This document shows positions 52,566 to 63,522 of a stretch of DNA of 64,000 nucleotides, one piece after another (positions within the stretch are counted from its first letter, which is position 1; each line of letters begins with the position of its first letter). The stretch comes from Phoronis australis (taxonomy: Eukaryota > Animalia > Phoronida). The notes under the pieces are model-generated. The model was not told the origin of the DNA. It saw only the letters and a program-made list of their open reading frames with translations, and did not search any database. The stretch lies in NCBI GenBank assembly GCA_002633005.1, contig NMRA01000378.1, positions 162,013 to 226,012 of the forward strand. Direction: 5' to 3'. The position numbers and the translations under genes are program-made.

Positions 52566-53295
52566 TGGCAAACGTTTACCAGACTCAAATGTGCTAGCTG
52601 TGTGCTCCGAGACAACGGTAATGTCAGCCTTCGTGTCAACGAGGAAATTAGCTGCAATATTATTAACTAAAATGTTAATTGCAAAGTCTGCACAGTCCTT
52701 AAACACCAGTAGGTAGTCCTCAGTGGCTGTGATAGCACTAACTGTCTTCACGCTCTGGACGTTCCGCCCCGACGGACGTTGTTTTCCGGTTGACTTCGGA
52801 TGTGAGGTCGCAGAAGTGGAATTGCGATTCTGTTCACCACGCTGTTTCTTAAAGCATTGTTTCTCGTAATGATCGAATTTCTTACAATAGCGGCAATTGC
52901 CCTTTTAGTATTCAGGAACTGAAGTTTAGTGGCGGAGTCCTTGCTTGGGTGGAATTGTTGGTTGCTGCTTTGTGCCAATTCCAAAGATTGTGCTAGCTGG
53001 CACGCTTTCTCATATGTGAGAGTTAATTCTGTTAACAGTTTCTTTTGAATCGGTACCGTCTTCAAGCCGCACACGAATTTGTCTCTTAAGGCCTGGTCTA
53101 GGAAAGCTCCGAATTCACATTATCGAGACAGTTGCCTCAGACGAACAGTGAATTCTCCAATGGTCTCGTCCACTTTCTGTTCTCCCTTATAAGAGCGGAA
53201 ACGTTCTATCTTAATTATCGTACCAAGGTTCATAATGTTTTTCAGCTTTGCAACCAGTTGTTCCAACGTACAGCCGTCAGCCTTACCAGGCAGGC

Positions 53296-53555
53296 TGTAA
53301 GGTTAAACGCACTTAGTTTGAGGTTTCTTTATTTCATATTCAGAGAGTTCAAAGGTCAACCGAGTCAGACCCCAAACTGAGTACACCCTCAACGTAAACA
53401 CTATTTCGGGTTCTAGCGACTGGCTCAATGAAACCGACGTCTTGTCAGCCGAACGTTTCAAAACTCAAAGAAAAAACGACCCTAGCGGCAAAACAGGATC
53501 AAACCAAAGCTGGCGCCATCTATAATCTGCACAATAACTAACGGGGAACCGTACA
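53296..53555 (-). repeat. BEL 3' LTR (260 bp, intron-less)
   Basis: Starts TGTACGG right after the PPT and ends CTTACA before the TSD. Confidence 0.9.
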
Positions 53556-53738
53556 TCCTCCCTCCTGAGTTGGGTCCTAACTCAACTCCCAATCCAATAA
53601 CAAGGTCAAATGTAAATCTGTACTAAACAAACAAATAAAGCTATGACAGTCAGTAACGTAGTGACTAATATCAATGAATAAGAGTCTCAGGTATAAAGAA
53701 GAACAACTTCCAACACGTACACCTGTAATAAATCATAG

Positions 53739-56700
53739 TCAATTAACTTCCAGAACAACACAAAGTTTGTCCACAGGTCGTAGAACGGTGAAATTGCGCG
53801 TCCTAACTGTGACCACTCTAACTAAGCCATTCCTGTCCGGATGCACTTCGGTCAGGCGACCCAAGGGCCATACACTTCTAGCAGAATCCTCTGAAACCAA
53901 CACAATATCACCAACACACAGGCTGCGGCCAGTTCTCAGCCACTTTTGACGTTTTTGTAGTGTCTGCAAGTACTCTCGTGACCACCTCTTCCAGAATACA
54001 TTAGCCAAATACTGGACTTGACGCCATTTTCTACGAGAATATATATCACGGGGGTCGAAGATTCCAGGAGGCATAGAATGTCCAGGTTTCACCATCAGCA
54101 AATGATTCGGGGTCAATGCATCAAAATCATGAGGGTTGTCAGACAGTGGTGAAATCGGTCTGCTGTTAAGTATATGCTCAACCTCGCACATCAGGGTGAC
54201 CAATGACTCATCATACAAACACCTTGGTTGTTCCCTCAGCAATGAGCAGAGAATGCGGTGTATCGAGCGTTTCATTCTTTCCCATACACCACCAAAATGT
54301 GACGCTGAAGGCGGGTTAAAATTCCAGGTGATACCTCGCTGATGAAGATAATCCCGTACATGACTCTGGTTCCACTTCTTAATGGATTCTTTCATCTCCT
54401 TGTCCGCACCAACCATATTAGTACCATTGTCTGAAGTAATCGAGTTAACAGTTCCGCGACGAGCGATGAATCTTCTTACACCGTTAATGCACGATGCTGT
54501 GTCCAGCGTATGAGCTACCTCAATGTGTACAGCACATGATAAGAAGCATGTGAACACAATACCATATCGTTTAACCTGTGACCGTCCCTGCTTGATATAG
54601 AAGGGTCCAAAATAGTCCATGCCCGTGTTCCAAAATGGTGGGAAATCCGAGGTCACTCTCCTGATCGGTAAATCAGCCATGTTCTGTCTAGCAGACTGAC
54701 CCGCCACCTTACGACAAATGACACAGTGGTGGGTGATCCTTTTAATCATAGCACCAGGACTTGGAGCCCAGAATTCCTCTCGCAGTCTAGCAATCATCAC
54801 ATTTTTCCCCATGTGACCTACTTCACGATGAATGTGCTGAAGAAGAAGCAATGACAATCGCGAATTTTTGCTCAGTAATATCTGATGCTTCTTGTCAAAC
54901 ATCATGTCTGAATTATCAAGACGACCACCAACTCTTAAAATACCATCTTGCAAGAATGGGTCTAGCCGTACAACAGGCAAACCCTCTGAAACCTTCTGAA
55001 TCTCAGACGAGAAATATTTATGCTGTTCATGTCTCACCAGCATAACTTTGGCTCGATGAGTATAAGTCAAGGGCAGATCAATATCAGATAAGTTCCCATG
55101 CTGTTTCCTTGCACCAAGACGCAGTTTCAAGCGGTCAATAAAATTCAAAATCCATCCTAGCACCCTCGTGAGTTTCGACCAATCGGAGAATTTCTCAATG
55201 AGAACATCAAGGGTGTGGGGTTCTATGCTAGGCACTACAGCCGTAGTGTAAGCTTCAACATCGACCTCATCGGGTGACTGAACTTTTACCTTTGGAAAGA
55301 TGGGCCATTGATCCATGGGCGTCCAAAGGAAAGGCGGTCCTTCAAACCACAACTTCATACACCGTGAATCATCCGGTGACATACCACGAGAAGCAATGTC
55401 GCCAGGGTTCGCTTTCCCATTAATGAAGTTCCACTGTTGCACTTCGGATCCGTGGTGAATAATAGACAACCTGTTAGCAACAAAAGTCTTAAAGCGAGTA
55501 GACATATTAGCGATATACTTCAACACTGCCTGGCTATCTGTCCAGTAGAAAATCTAGTCCACCTTGTATCTCAACTCAGACATAATCAAGGAGTTCAGCT
55601 TAACAGCAAGCACAGCAGCGGTGAGCTCAAGTCTAGGAGTCGTTACTCGAAACTCGGCTTTTCCCTGATAGCAAACTACAGGAAACAGTTCCATCTAGGT
55701 TCAAAAAACGAATATAAGAAACCACTCCATAGGCATTATCACTTGCATCACAAAAGTGGTGTACCTGAATGTTGGCGATATCTGGAAAATCAGGCTTAAG
55801 ACATCGTCTTACCGCAAACCCTTTCAGTCGCACCAAATCAGCAAGCCATTGTCTCCATGCTCTCAGATCAGTCTCATCTAAACATTCGTCCCAACCATGG
55901 CCCTGTCTGCACAGTTCCTGCAAAAGTAACTTAGCTGGCAAAACAAGAGTTGACAAGAGACCATGAGGATCATAGAACGAGCTAGTTACAGACAGTAACT
56001 GTCTACGGGATACCTTCTCGTCATCCACAAAAGGCTGATTGCTATAAAACACCAGGTCATCAGAAGAAATGTTCCATACCACACACCTAGGGCCCGTTCA
56101 GTAGTCTGTTTATTATCAAAGTCCAAACTGTTGACGACATCTATGGCCCGGTCACATTCTGGTATGGACTGCAAAATCTCATCGTTGTTCGCTACCCATT
56201 TGGTCAGGCGGAAACCACCTTCATAGCACAATGACATCACCTCATGGACAGCATCAACAGCTAAAGGTACAGTGGGAACTTAAAATAGAAAATCATCTAC
56301 ATAAAATGATTCTTTCAAAGTAGCATTACTGTGCAAGGCACAGTTAAGAGCGTATGCAGAACAACTTGGCGACGAAACGGCACCGAACAGATGCACTGTC
56401 ATCCTGAAGGTCTTGGTGCGAGAATCAAGTCACCATTAGGCCACCAAAGAAATCTGAGGAAATCACGGTCCTCCTTGGGCACTTTGACTTGGTAAAACAT
56501 CTTGGCGATATCAGCCATAACAGCAAACTTCTCTTGTCTAAATCGTAATAAGACGCCAAAAAGTGAATTAGTCAGGTTAGGTCCCTGTAACAGTTGATCG
56601 TTGATGGAAACGTTATCGTACTTCGAGCTGCAGTCAAACACCACTCTCATTTTCTTTGTTTTGGCATGGTATACAGCATGGTGGGGAATGTACCACAGCT

Positions 56701-57097
56701 TTCCATCAGTCCGCAATATTTCTTCATCAGGCACCTCTTCGGCATAACCCTGTCCGATTATTTCAGCCATGAACTTACAGTAATCGTCATAGAAATCAGA
56801 GCTCACTGTTAATTTCTTCTTTAAACCTTGCAATCGTCGAGCAGCATAAGACCGATTGTCTGGCAAACTGCGATTCTCATCGCGACAAGGTAAAGCTAAC
56901 TCATAATGTCTGTTGACTTGTCGCACCGAGTCACTCATCTTCTTGAGAAAACGTTGATCGTCCACAGAATGCTCAGATCTATCTTTTACTACTTCTGGAA
57001 AATCCACAGACACAATCTGGTCGTACAGCTGACTGAGCTCAACTGCACAAGTGTTGACAGAGATATCACATGATCCAACACCACGTAGTAAATTCAA
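53739..57097 (-). pseudogene. BEL/Pao pol (RT, RNase H, integrase), frameshifted
   Basis: WYIPHHAV, RVVFDCS, LLQGPNL, ADIAKMFYQV, FYVDDF (about 56295), HHFCDASDNAYG, GMDYFGPF, SDNGTN, GGVWERM, RPVDKLC. Split over several frames; the integrase-containing ORF 53739-55526 is open. Confidence 0.95.
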
Positions 57098-57623
57098 TGA
57101 AACAGTCTACCATCACATCTGGATTTCCATATCGACGATCAAACTCCTTCATGACAGCGTTATAAGCTATCTCAGAATCTAGGAAGGAAAACCCCTTAAC
57201 AACTTCACTGGCTTCCCCAGTTGTAAATGCCTCAAGGTACTGGAACCGCTCTTCATATGAGTCAGAGTTAAGTATAACCTGGGAGTGAAACTGTCTCTTG
57301 AATCGTTTGTAGTTAAGCGGCGACCCACAGAACTTGTCCATTGTTATAGTAGGTGCTTTCAAATGCTTCAAAACAGATAGGTAATGAGCGTCTCCGTGGT
57401 CTGCGATGGGTGTCTTATCTTTACTATCTAGAAAGGTCTCATCGTGACAAGTGTCCAAATCCTCTTCATCTATTGCCAGCTGCTGCTGTCTGTACTTGAG
57501 ATTCAACATATCCAGCTCTAGTTGCTTTCTTCTTGCTAACAGCTCATGTTTTCTTATTGTCGAGTCTTTCTTGTCCACCTGAGGGGTGAGTTCAGGAGGA
57601 GATTCAGAGCCGCTGTCGTCCAT
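57096..57623 (-). pseudogene. Duplicated, internally deleted BEL gag N-terminus
   Basis: Near-identical to 58290-58817, then jumps directly to the pre-RT region. Confidence 0.85.
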
Positions 57624-57635
57624 AGTGTTTACTGA

Positions 57636-57799
57636 TGTAAGGTTCAAACGCACTTAGTTTGAGGTTTCTTTATTTCATATTCAGAGAGTTCAAAGGTCAA
57701 CCGAGTCAAACCCCAAACTGAGTACACCCTCAACGTAAACACTATTTCGGGTTCTAGCGACTGGCTCAATGAAACCGACGTCTTGTCAGCCGAACGTTT
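57636..57799 (-). repeat. Internal partial BEL LTR copy (intron-less) next to single N at 57800
   Basis: Near-identical to 53296-53458 and followed by a second gag start. Confidence 0.85.
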
Positions 57800-57800
57800 N

Positions 57801-58817
57801 AAGGCAACCAAAGCAAACGCCTTGCCTTTTAAGGAAGTCAATCTTGGCAGAATGTAACTGCGAGACAAATGAGTCACACTTCAGGAGATGATGCTCTCCT
57901 TGACAGAATAGACACTTCGTAGGCGTGGAGACATTAGTCGTAAATGAGGCTTTTGGCTTAACATCTCTGGCCCGAGGAGTAGAGGGCTTTCTCTGAACAC
58001 CAAACGTAGGGTCATTGGCCTTTCTTGCCTCTTTGGATACAAACTTCACCAAGTCCATAAACATAGGCCTTCCACCTGCCTCACGAATGTCGAACACAAT
58101 AGATCTCCACCTGTCATGGAGCTTAAACGGGAGTTTAGCAACGATCTTCTTAAAGTTCTCTGAGTATTCTAGTACACGTACTGCTCCATAGTCTTCAACA
58201 GCATAAAGACACTCTGTGAGTAGAAGTGCAAAGGAGTCTAACATTCTGGCATCATCTGCCGGTATCTGCGGCCACTCAAGAAGCTTTTTAATGAAACAGT
58301 CAACCATCACATCTGGATTTCCATATCGACGATCAAACTCCTTCATGACAGCGTTATAAGCTATCTCAGAATCTAGGAAGGAAAACCCCTTAACAACTTC
58401 ACTGGCTTCCCCAGTTGTAAATGCCTCAAGGTACTGGAACCGCTCTTCATATGAGTCAGAGTTAAGTATAACCTGGGAGTGAAACTGTCTCTTGAATCGT
58501 TTGTAGTTAAGCGGCGACCCACAGAACTTGTCCATTGTTATAGTAGGTGCTTTCAAATGCTTCAAGACAGATAGGTAATGAGTGTCTCCGTGGTCTGCGA
58601 TGGGTGTCTTATCTTTACTATCTAAAAAGGTCTCCTCGTGACAAGTGCCCAAATCTTCTTCATCTATTGCCAGCTGCTGCTGTCTGTACTTGAGATTCAA
58701 CATATCCAGCTCTAGTTGCTTTCTTCTAGCTAACAGCTCATGTTTTCTTATTGTCGAGTCTTTCTTGTCCACCTGAGGGGTGAGTTCAGGAGGGGATTCA
58801 GAGCCGCTGTCATCCAT
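57801..58817 (-). pseudogene. BEL/Pao gag (DUF1759-like region and zinc knuckle)
   Basis: KFCGSPLNYKRFKRQF...YLEAFTTGEA..., CLFCQGEHHLLKC and GVCFGCL knuckles; truncated at the N. Confidence 0.9.
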
Positions 58818-58829
58818 AGTGTTTACTGA

Positions 58830-59341
58830 TGTAAGGTTCAAACCCACTTAGTGTGAAGTTTCTTTATTTCATATTCGAGTCAGACCCCAAACTAAGTACA
58901 CCCTCAACGTAAACTGAAAGGAAACAAATAAAATGCTCTCAGGATAAGGTAACAAAATGTCACAAATCAGAGAAGTTCAAATAGGCCACAACGAACAGAA
59001 AGCGTGCTCATGGCCTACGTGACAAAGTCAACGCATGAAAGTAGGTCAAACATGTGGGCCACATATTCCAAACAACAGTCTGCACAAAAGTAGCACAAAA
59101 TGACTGTAAAGCTAGTAGGACCATGACCGCGAACGTAAGGCACGCAAAAACGTATCAACTAACATAATAAGCCTTAACACATACCACTATTTCGGGTTCT
59201 AGCGACTCTCAATACAACCGACGTCTTGTCCGCCGAACGTTACAAAAACTCATAGAAACAACGACCCTAGCGGCAAAACGGGATCGAGCAAAAGCTAGCG
59301 CCATCTATACTCTGCACAAAAAACTAACGGATAACCGTACA
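58830..59341 (-). repeat. BEL 5' LTR (512 bp, contains 271-bp intron-like segment 58914-59184)
   Basis: Homologous to 53296-53555 at both ends; AATAAA on minus at about 58863-58868; gag ATG lies 12 nt downstream. Confidence 0.9.
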
Positions 59342-59557
59342 CAGGCAAATGTTTGATAAACCCCATAGGGCTCGGCTCCCAAAGTCTCTAGGAAACACGC
59401 TATTTGCCTCTTAGTTGCATCATTGTTCGCGATCACAAAGTTTTGGAACCGGTCATACCACATAGAAAACTTTTCGGTTTTCGAGTCAAAAGTGCCAACA
59501 TTACCGATGAGTGACATAGCGAAGAACAGTTGAGACATCAGCAGAAAAATCCCGACA

Positions 59558-59576
59558 AATCCCATCCTCGTCGCTA
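59558..59576 (-). promoter_or_regulatory. Primer-binding site complementary to tRNA-Ser(GCU) 3' end
   Basis: Plus strand AATCCCATCCTCGTCGCTA matches the eukaryotic tRNA-Ser(GCU) 3' end AATCCCATCCTCGTCGCCA with 1 mismatch. Confidence 0.8.
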
Positions 59577-59581
59577 GCTAT

Positions 59582-59775
59582 TGTAGTCAGATGTCGTTGG
59601 ATAAAAGTGAACTGAATGTGGAAACTGTGAATGTTTATTCACCATTACATGCGACGGGAACAGGAAACACAGAATCATGAGTAACTCGTGAGATGGGGTC
59701 ACAGACCAGGGGAGATAGATGACCCACTAACTCATAACACTGACAATAGGTGGCGCTAGTGACAGCCACTTAACA
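59582..59775 (-). repeat. Gypsy 5' LTR (about 194 bp)
   Basis: TGTTAAG...CTACA on minus, contains AATAAA, directly precedes the PBS. Confidence 0.7.
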
Positions 59776-60500
59776 GTTCACAACAGTCACGTCCTTCAAC
59801 TTCTCACCCATTAGTATCTTATTTGTGAACGAATCTATAACGTTTTGCACTTCACCTTTCAAAGCACGAGCAAGCTGTGTGTCTTGTAGTAACTTCACTA
59901 CTACCGATTTCACTACTTTAGGTTTTGTTAGGTGAACATAGCGATGTTTTCTCTGACACACTTCTGTATTTTGTCCAGGCTATTCCAAGTGGACCAATAG
60001 TCTCGTTTTCCATCAATTTTGCAGTTTCCAGTAAACCAGCATATTTAATTCTTGATTCAGTATTGAACGATTTCTCGTTTGTTTCCTGATAACATTTGTC
60101 ATATCTTCTTTCCAGCAAAGTTGGCATCTACTTAAATCAAAATAAGATGCAACTTTTGTATCTAGAGGTCTTCTGGAATCTCTAGTTATGTTCCCATTTA
60201 TCAGTTCTCTTTTCCACTGTTTCATGTCCGCTACACTGAGCAACCGTGCAGCGGACGATCTTAGTTTAAAAGTGCTATTTGCGCCAGATTTCCTTGAACA
60301 GGAGAGCATCAGAGATCTTTGGATATTACTTGAGAAGTGTATTGCAGGATGTTTTAGAACTGACCACTTCTCACACAACTTCTTCCTGTGATTCATCTTG
60401 GTTGAAAAAATGAACGTGTTCACCAGGTCACCAAGTCCAGACTTTTTAAGCCAGTCAGAAACTTCATCAACATTCCACTGTGCAACAAATAAAGCCATAG
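59776..60500 (-). pseudogene. Degenerate ORF beginning with a SAM-domain-like segment
   Basis: VAQWNVDEVSDWLKKSGLGDLVNTF fits the SAM N-terminal pattern WxxxxVxxWLxxxGL; the rest is frameshifted and not recognised. Confidence 0.45.
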
Positions 60501-60510
60501 CTTTAAGCAC

Positions 60511-62400
60511 TTAACCCATTTACGCCTAATTATGCGTTTTCATTGCATATTCAGATATTATGTGCCTTTAGACATGCAATGAACATAATTAATAAGAAAA
60601 ATGGATATACATTTTTATTTTATGTGTTTTTTGAGTTTTTATTTTCGTCTCAAAAAGGGACACTGGGCACATGTGGGGTGTATAAACCACCAACAGAAAT
60701 GTCTACTGAACCCAGTAAAAATGAAATATATAATATGATATCGATTGTTTTTCTATGCTAAGATATTGTAGAAAGATAAACAGAATATAAAAATTGGCAA
60801 GGGTGTTGTATCAAGTATCTTTATTGTGCAACATGAAATGCCATAAAGCATTTGTCGTGAAGACTAACATCGCATTTCATACAAAAATGCTTCGTCTTCA
60901 TTTTGCAATCTGCACATCGCCTCTGGGTGTCTCTTGTGTTATAGAAGTGGTCCACTCTCTGAAAATCTGACATGAGGCAGTGCTTTCTTTGAGCAAGGCA
61001 TGGATTTATGAACATACTGAGTGACTCGTTTCCCCTTCATAAGCAACACATTAGTAATTTTGCGCCCAACTTCCACTCTCGGTCGCTCTGTAGAGGTGTC
61101 ATGCTTGTTGTACACAATGATCTCGGCGAAACTCGGCCGCCACCATTTCTTTGATCGTATCGAGACCCTGTACTTATCTATGTTTTGGTCTATTCTGTCG
61201 ATGCCGCCCATGATTTAATTGTAGTGACTTATCATAAAGGGTTGGTCAATCCGTACGCGCTTTTTGCAAGGGGGCAACTCCATGAAGATTGGACAATATA
61301 TTGGCATTGCTGTTGTCATTCCACCTGACAACACATAGATTGTTCGCGGCATGGTATGGGTAGTCATATGTACCACGGGGTGTTTTCTGGAACTACTTCA
61401 CTGCTGTCAATGGACAGTCTCCCAGACGATTTGCACGGATTTAGCCAGTGCAGACAACGCCTTGTCTCAAGAGCTCATCAACCAAGACCAGTGAGGTGAA
61501 CAAGTTGTCACAGGTCAGGTGGTATGGTCTGACCTTTGGTAGCTCAGCCAACAGATGGAGCACGACTCCACCCCCACACCAAATCCTGCGGTGTCACCGG
61601 TCTGCTGGCCTCGTTTTGCTTGATATAGTTAAAACTGAACCACGTATCCTAGAGCAGTTGTCAACGCCCAGATTTTGAATCCGGATCTGACGGGTTTGCC
61701 GCGAATAAACTGCTTGGCCCCGTGTCTCCCGAAGTAGGGGACCATCGACTCGTCAATTGATACGTTTTACTCTCGGCTGAATTAGATGAGACATTGCTCA
61801 TTGATAGAACCCATCAGAGGTCTCACCCTTCCCATTTTGTCTACGCCATCCAGCCGATTGTTGTCTACTAAATGCAAGTAACGCATTATTATCTCGAACC
61901 TGTTGCGAGACATACTTTTGGCTGCTGCTGTGTTGTGCAAATCAACATCAACAGACCAATACATTATGCGCCTAGGTGTTGATGAGAATCCGGATACCAG
62001 GAGTATGCCAATGGACGCGTTCGTCTAATCTCGGGTAACAGTGAAGTCATGAGACCTTTAGTTCTAGCATAGCCTACAGTCTCTGACACAACCATATCAA
62101 TTATACATCATCAGAAAAAATAACTCAAACAATCCTGTAAGAATATGCGGCAGGTTGTCAAAGCTTGCTGTTGGTTGTTGACGCCACAGCACTTTGACAT
62201 AGGCTCTGATGTCCTGTTTTGCCCAGGTCTTTTGCTTTTTGACTTTTTGGTATTGCAGTTTGTTCTTTGCTGTTTGGGTGGAGCTGGTTCATCATCAGAG
62301 CTGTCACTACTGTCTTCCATTCGTTGACGTGTATTGTTGATAACTGTTACAGACGCTGCAGCAGTAAGGAGACGACTAGGAAGATTATCTTTATTTCCAC
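60511..62400 (-). mobile_element. piggyBac transposon (PGBD2/3-like), frameshifted
   Basis: TTAA+CCC terminus at 60511-60517. SIDESMVPYFGRHGAKQFIRGKPVRSGFKIW, TCDNLFTSL and MGGIDRIDQ motifs, plus C-terminal Cys-rich RRCADC...CMKCDVSLHDKCFMAFH. Confidence 0.92.
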
Positions 62401-62419
62401 CAGAACAAACAAGCGTCTT

Positions 62420-62662
62420 ATCATAATCACAGGTCGGGCATACATATGATTTCGAACCTGACGTACAAGCTAAAAGGGCTCAATCAGAACGAATTTGACA
62501 TTGTATCCACATTTCGCCAGGTGCAGTGTTTGAATATATATTGCTGCATGTTATGCACTGACAGTCAATTTCATTAGCATCAGCGGCAGTAGTCGATCCT
62601 TTGCCCACTGCGTTTTCTTTGTGGACGTTTTGCCTCAAAATGGCGCCAAACGAAAAATCCAT
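62420..62662 (-). pseudogene. Degenerate PHD-finger coding segment
   Basis: CITC...GEMWIQCQIRSD*ALLAC...YVCPTC; three single-base changes from CxxC..WIQCxxCxxWxHxxC..CxxC. Confidence 0.7.
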
Positions 62663-62821
62663 GACGCAATTTTTAGTAAAATTTCAAAGCACATTATTTG
62701 CGCTCATTCTATTGCTGAAACTTGTTAAATGAATAGGTAACGCACGCACGATCAAAGTCTTGCTAACAGGAGCGTACAGATGAGTCAAAATTGTACCTTA
62801 GAAGTTCAAAAAATATCCTGA

Positions 62822-63522
62822 TCAATCAACCAGTTTATCTCTTTTCAGCGAAGCTTTCGTTTTCAAACCTTTTGCTGCCTTGAAGTTCTGGAACAGAACT
62901 TTTTTGCTCACAAGCATGCCCTTGAAGAAATCTTCACTTACATAGAAATCAGAGCCTTTCAACTTAAACCGAGCACTCCAAATAATCTGTCTTTGCTTGC
63001 AGAAAGCGAACTTGTTATAATGAGTCAAGTTATGCTTTTTCCTTGATTTTGCCCAACCTGTGCACTCGCTCAAAGCATAAACCATCCACTTGAACCTATA
63101 ACCTCTTCTTAATAAACGCCTGGACAACAGCCTCACAGCATGCGGCTTCTTTTTGTTGCAGCCCGAAAAACAACAAATTGCTGCGTCTTGAGTGGTTCTC
63201 TAGGTTTATGCATTTTTCTGTCAATTCTGTTGATTTTTTGGCACTCTAACAACCCCTGGTCAATGAGTTCTTTATTTTTCTTGGACAGTTCATTAATTGG
63301 CTTTAGCAGCCGTGTTGATTGCATAGTCTATCGACTGAGCGACATTCTTCAACTCGTTACTAATAGAGTCTAGCGTGACCCTGAACGTCGCAAACCACGA
63401 GGGTTTGGTGTCGGGAATGTTGCAAACAAATTCTGAAACCTACGTACACCTCTTGTCACTATCACTTCTACTCTCATTTTCTACCGCCTGGTTCATACTT
63501 CTAGTATACCTGGCCTCCATTT
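62822..63522 (-). mobile_element. Non-LTR retrotransposon ORF1 remnant (L1/transposase-22-type ORF1)
   Basis: LENHSRRSNLLFFGL, FERVHRLG and KLKGSDFYVSEDF...KASLKRDKL across frameshifts. Confidence 0.8.

Larger units (their letters stand above)
53296..59341 (-). mobile_element. BEL/Pao LTR retrotransposon (degenerate, three-LTR structure)
   Basis: TG...CA termini. 5-bp TSD CAGGC at 53291-53295 and 59342-59346. PPT (AGGAGGGAGGA on minus) abuts the 3' LTR. Domain order gag, RT, RNase H, integrase. Confidence 0.95.
52566..59775 (-). mobile_element. Gypsy LTR retrotransposon 5' part (LTR, PBS, gag, protease start), interrupted by the BEL element
   Basis: Gag MSLIGNVGTFDSKTEKFSMWYDRFQNFVIANN... 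resumes beyond the TSD as ...ERFRSYKGEQKVDETIGEFTVRLRQLSR*CEFGAFLDQALRDKFVCGL...KKLLTELTLTYEKACQLAQSLE. Protease motif FLVDTKADITVVS. Confidence 0.85.
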
